From assembly GCA_964586355.1 (NCBI GenBank), contig CAZPGO010000042.1, positions 1 through 7,758 of the forward strand: DNA of 7,758 nucleotides, given 5' to 3'. The DNA is from an uncultured archaeon. GTDB taxonomy: Archaea; Iainarchaeota; Iainarchaeia; Iainarchaeales; CSSED10-239. How positions within the stretch are numbered: position 1 is the stretch's first letter; each line of letters opens with the position of its first letter. Positions 6,375-7,758 of the stretch are shown one piece after another. The position numbers were made by a program, and so were the translations under genes. The notes below the pieces were generated by a model. The model did not search any database. It saw nothing but the letters and a program-made list of their open reading frames with translations, and was not told the origin of the DNA.

Positions 6375-6403
6375 AGTATAATATTTTGTTTTATTTTTTG
6401 CAA
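6375..6403 (-). promoter_or_regulatory. Candidate sigma70-type promoter for dnaE
   Basis: On the minus strand: TTGCAA (6398-6403), a 17-nt spacer, then TATACT (complement of 6375-6380), about 70 nt upstream of the dnaE ATG at 6302. It lies in the only sizeable intergenic region (6303-6440). Such matches are frequent by chance in AT-rich DNA. Confidence 0.3.
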
Positions 6404-6440
6404 CTCTTTTTTTTGTTTAATTTTTAATTAAAATAGATAT

Positions 6441-6959
6441 ATGAAAATAAAGTGCTACTTGGCAGGACCCATAGACAGATCTCCAGATTTAGGAATTACC
6501 TGGAGAAAAAAAATATCGAAGTTTTTAAACAAAATAAACATAGAAGTAAATGACCCTATGTTAAAAAGCACAGAGAAAGGTCGGGAGGACTTGGAATCAA
6601 GAAAACTTAGACATGATTGTAAGAAGCGAAAAGATTACAATCTGTTAAGAGCCATAATGAAAGATATAAGAAGAGAAGATTTGAAGCTAGTAAGACAGAG
6701 TGATATTGTCATAGTTAATATTGACACAAGTATTTATAGTTGCGGTACATTAGAAGAGGTTTTTTTGGCTAAAAAACTTAATAAAAAAATATTCATGCGT
6801 GTTAAACAAGGAAAAATAAACACTCCTGATTGGTTGTTTGCTATAGTTGATCATGAATTTATTTTTTCTACTTGGAAAGAGTTACAAAATTTTTTAGAAA
6901 AAAAACTTCTGTTTGACAAACAAAAAATCAAAACTAGAATAGGCTCAATTGGGAGTTAA
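6441..6959 (+). CDS. Nucleoside 2-deoxyribosyltransferase-like protein (NDT / DNPH1-Rcl / YtoQ-like superfamily)
   Basis: 172-aa ORF. N-terminal KCYLAGPID (family hallmark: .yLAGP.). The later block SDIVIVNIDTSIYSCGTLEEVFLAKKLNKKIF matches the family pattern (sD.vva.ld....s.Gt..E.g.A...gkpv), with a Glu (E105/E106) at the expected nucleophile position. No obvious SD. Confidence 0.6.
   Translation: MKIKCYLAGPIDRSPDLGITWRKKISKFLNKINIEVNDPMLKSTEKGREDLESRKLRHDCKKRKDYNLLRAIMKDIRREDLKLVRQSDIVIVNIDTSIYSCGTLEEVFLAKKLNKKIFMRVKQGKINTPDWLFAIVDHEFIFSTWKELQNFLEKKLLFDKQKIKTRIGSIGS
6951..6955 (+). promoter_or_regulatory. Shine-Dalgarno site for the 6962 ORF
   Basis: GGGAG lies 6 nt upstream of the ATG at 6962-6964, inside the last codons of the upstream gene (stop TAA at 6957-6959). 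This indicates translational coupling. Confidence 0.5.
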
Positions 6960-6961
6960 AA

Positions 6962-7180
6962 ATGCTAAAAGAAAAAGATTTGAAGAACAAGTGTATGATA
7001 AACATGGGTGAAAAACAATGTAGATATTTGTCTAAAATAGAAGATGAAGACAAATATTGTTGTTTAAAAAACACTTTGCACAAAATAGTAATAGACAGTG
7101 TTGTTAAAGAAAATAAAAAGGGCAAAAGAACTCCCTTGGGGGATAATTGTTGTGGCTATTTTTTAGACTCAAACATCTAG
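6962..7180 (+). CDS. Small cysteine-rich protein (six Cys including two CC doublets), probable metal-binding; function unknown
   Basis: 72-aa ORF with a good SD. It starts 2 nt after the upstream stop. Cys are at residues 11, 20, 33, 34, 63 and 64 (KCMINMGEKQCRYL...KYCCLKN...PLGDNCCGY). I recognise no family with confidence. Confidence 0.5.
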   Translation: MLKEKDLKNKCMINMGEKQCRYLSKIEDEDKYCCLKNTLHKIVIDSVVKENKKGKRTPLGDNCCGYFLDSNI

Positions 7181-7190
7181 TTTTTTGAGT
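7167..7190. terminator. Inverted repeat straddling the second convergent 12-nt gene overlap
   Basis: ACTCAAA (7167-7173) pairs with TTTGAGT (7184-7190): a 7-bp stem with a 10-nt loop. It covers both stop codons (TGA as complement of 7169-7171; TAG at 7178-7180). No canonical U-tract follows on either strand. Confidence 0.25.
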
Positions 7191-7642
7191 ATTGATATAA
7201 ATTCTTTTTCCTTATTTTTAATCGAAAGTTCTCCGACTACCGACTTTATTAATTCTTCGTCTTTTAAATCAACTATTTTTTTTGTTAAAACTTTTGATAG
7301 CTCTTGACTATTTTTATTTTTATAGTAAAAAACAATGACTAGAACACAAAGGCTAAAAATAAAAATTAATGCTCCATCTCCCTGTAGTATTTGCACTCCG
7401 CTGTTTTCGTTTCTAGATACCGTAGCGTTTAAGTTTACCAAGCCTTCTTGTATTTCTCTTAATTTACTGCTTAAGATCTCTGTTTCTTTTCTTATTTTTC
7501 CTAATTCTAACAAAAAGCCATTTTGATTGTTATTTACTTGTTCGTTTGAGTTGTTGTTTTGTTTCAGGCGTGGGCTAAAGTTCCCGTTATTACAACCCGA
7601 TAGAAGTATCAGAGACACAAAAAAAATTTTAAAAAGTTTCAT
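7169..7642 (-). CDS. Lipoprotein with a lipobox signal peptide, a predicted coiled periplasmic segment, one internal TM helix and a charged C-terminal tail (unimolecular-spanin-like topology)
   Basis: 157-aa ORF. MKLFKIFFVSLILLSG|C has a classic L-S-G-C lipobox (Cys17 at 7592-7594, +2 residue Asn). Residues 27-42 are Asn-rich. Residues 45-72 have heptad-like character (LELGKIRKETEILSSKLREIQEGLVNL). The hydrophobic helix is ALIFIFSLCVLVIVFYY (res 91-107). The tail is about 50 aa and rich in K/E. SD AAGGAA (complement of about 7648-7653) lies 5 nt upstream of the ATG. Confidence 0.65.
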   Translation of the reverse strand: MKLFKIFFVSLILLSGCNNGNFSPRLKQNNNSNEQVNNNQNGFLLELGKIRKETEILSSKLREIQEGLVNLNATVSRNENSGVQILQGDGALIFIFSLCVLVIVFYYKNKNSQELSKVLTKKIVDLKDEELIKSVVGELSIKNKEKEFISILKKLDV

Positions 7643-7698
7643 GCAACTTCCTTTTAATTATATAGGTGAAAAATGAAAAATTTAATTGAAGATGATTT

Positions 7699-7758
7699 TT
7701 ATGACATATAAAGGCCTACAATTTTACCTGTGGCATCATCAATAGCACCATGTAGGGA
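7699..7758 (-). CDS. 3' end (19 codons plus stop) of an ORF entering from the right edge; the motif resembles the first-Asp region of DDE/rve transposase-integrases
   Basis: The complement of 7702-7758 reads SLHGAIDDATGKIVGLYMS, then TAA (7699-7701). h.H.aIDD.t/s.(r/g).i.g is the pattern around the first catalytic Asp of rve-type DDE enzymes (IS481/ISNCY-like). In those proteins about 150-250 further residues follow, so the stop here would mean a truncated or frameshifted copy. Only 19 residues are visible. Confidence 0.25.
   Translation of the reverse strand, partial: SLHGAIDDATGKIVGLYMS

Noticed and set aside
6361-6382. Perfect-looking TTGACT and TATAAT hexamers on the + strand upstream of the NDT-like gene
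   Set aside because: The spacer is only 10 nt (6367-6376), which is incompatible with a sigma70 -35/-10 pair, and there is no TG extended -10. The TATAAT alone might still act as a -10 element, but I cannot support a promoter call.
6910-6922. 13-bp palindrome TGTTTGaCAAACA near the 3' end of the NDT-like gene
   Set aside because: It is short, lies inside coding sequence, occurs once, and has a 1-nt centre that cannot form a hairpin. It is most likely chance in AT-rich DNA.
6934-7526. ORFs 6934-7125 (-) and 7335-7526 (+)
   Set aside because: They are antisense to the Cys-rich ORF and the lipoprotein ORF respectively. They are Phe/Ser/Leu-rich with no start-site support.
7556-7567. Asn-rich low-complexity stretch (NNNSNEQVNNNQN) in the lipoprotein, considered as a repeat or slippage element
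   Set aside because: At the DNA level it is not a perfect tandem repeat. It is compositional bias typical of AT-rich genomes.
7674-7712. 12-codon + strand ORF (MKNLIEDDFYDI) in the spacer upstream of the lipoprotein gene
   Set aside because: It is too short, has no RBS, and lies on the opposite strand to both neighbours. Nothing supports it.

Overview
Strongly AT-rich (by eye roughly 70% A+T, not computed), very gene-dense window. I saw no rRNA, tRNA or CRISPR array. I support ten protein-coding regions, and orientation flips at almost every gene. (1) The 5' part of an HNH endonuclease runs off the left edge; the ORF track missed it. (2-5) Three glycosyltransferase-like genes: a GT2-like protein with a degenerate DXD motif, a GlcNAc-transferase-family protein, and a translationally coupled GT25-family protein. 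A 316-aa Gly/Ala/Ser-rich protein of unknown function interrupts this group. (6) The N-terminal PHP/palm part of a bacterial-type DNA polymerase III alpha subunit (dnaE). It carries a complete 403-aa LAGLIDADG intein in the GPGRG|S motif, then stops 44 codons later, where the catalytic PDxDxDF motif should be. (7-8) A nucleoside 2-deoxyribosyltransferase-like protein coupled to a small six-cysteine protein. (9) A lipoprotein with a lipobox plus one internal transmembrane helix, a unimolecular-spanin-like topology. (10) The last 19 codons of an ORF entering from the right edge, with a DDE/rve-like IDDAT motif. The content (selfish nucleases, intein, spanin-like gene, glycosyltransferases, nucleotide-salvage-like enzyme, a few Shine-Dalgarno sites, ATGA coupling) fits a phage/virus genome or a mobile island of an AT-rich bacterium better than core chromosome. 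I cannot assign a taxon. The most interesting object is the truncated but intein-bearing dnaE. I do not see a complete, recognisable defence system, and all novelty claims below are hypotheses that need database or structure searches I cannot run.
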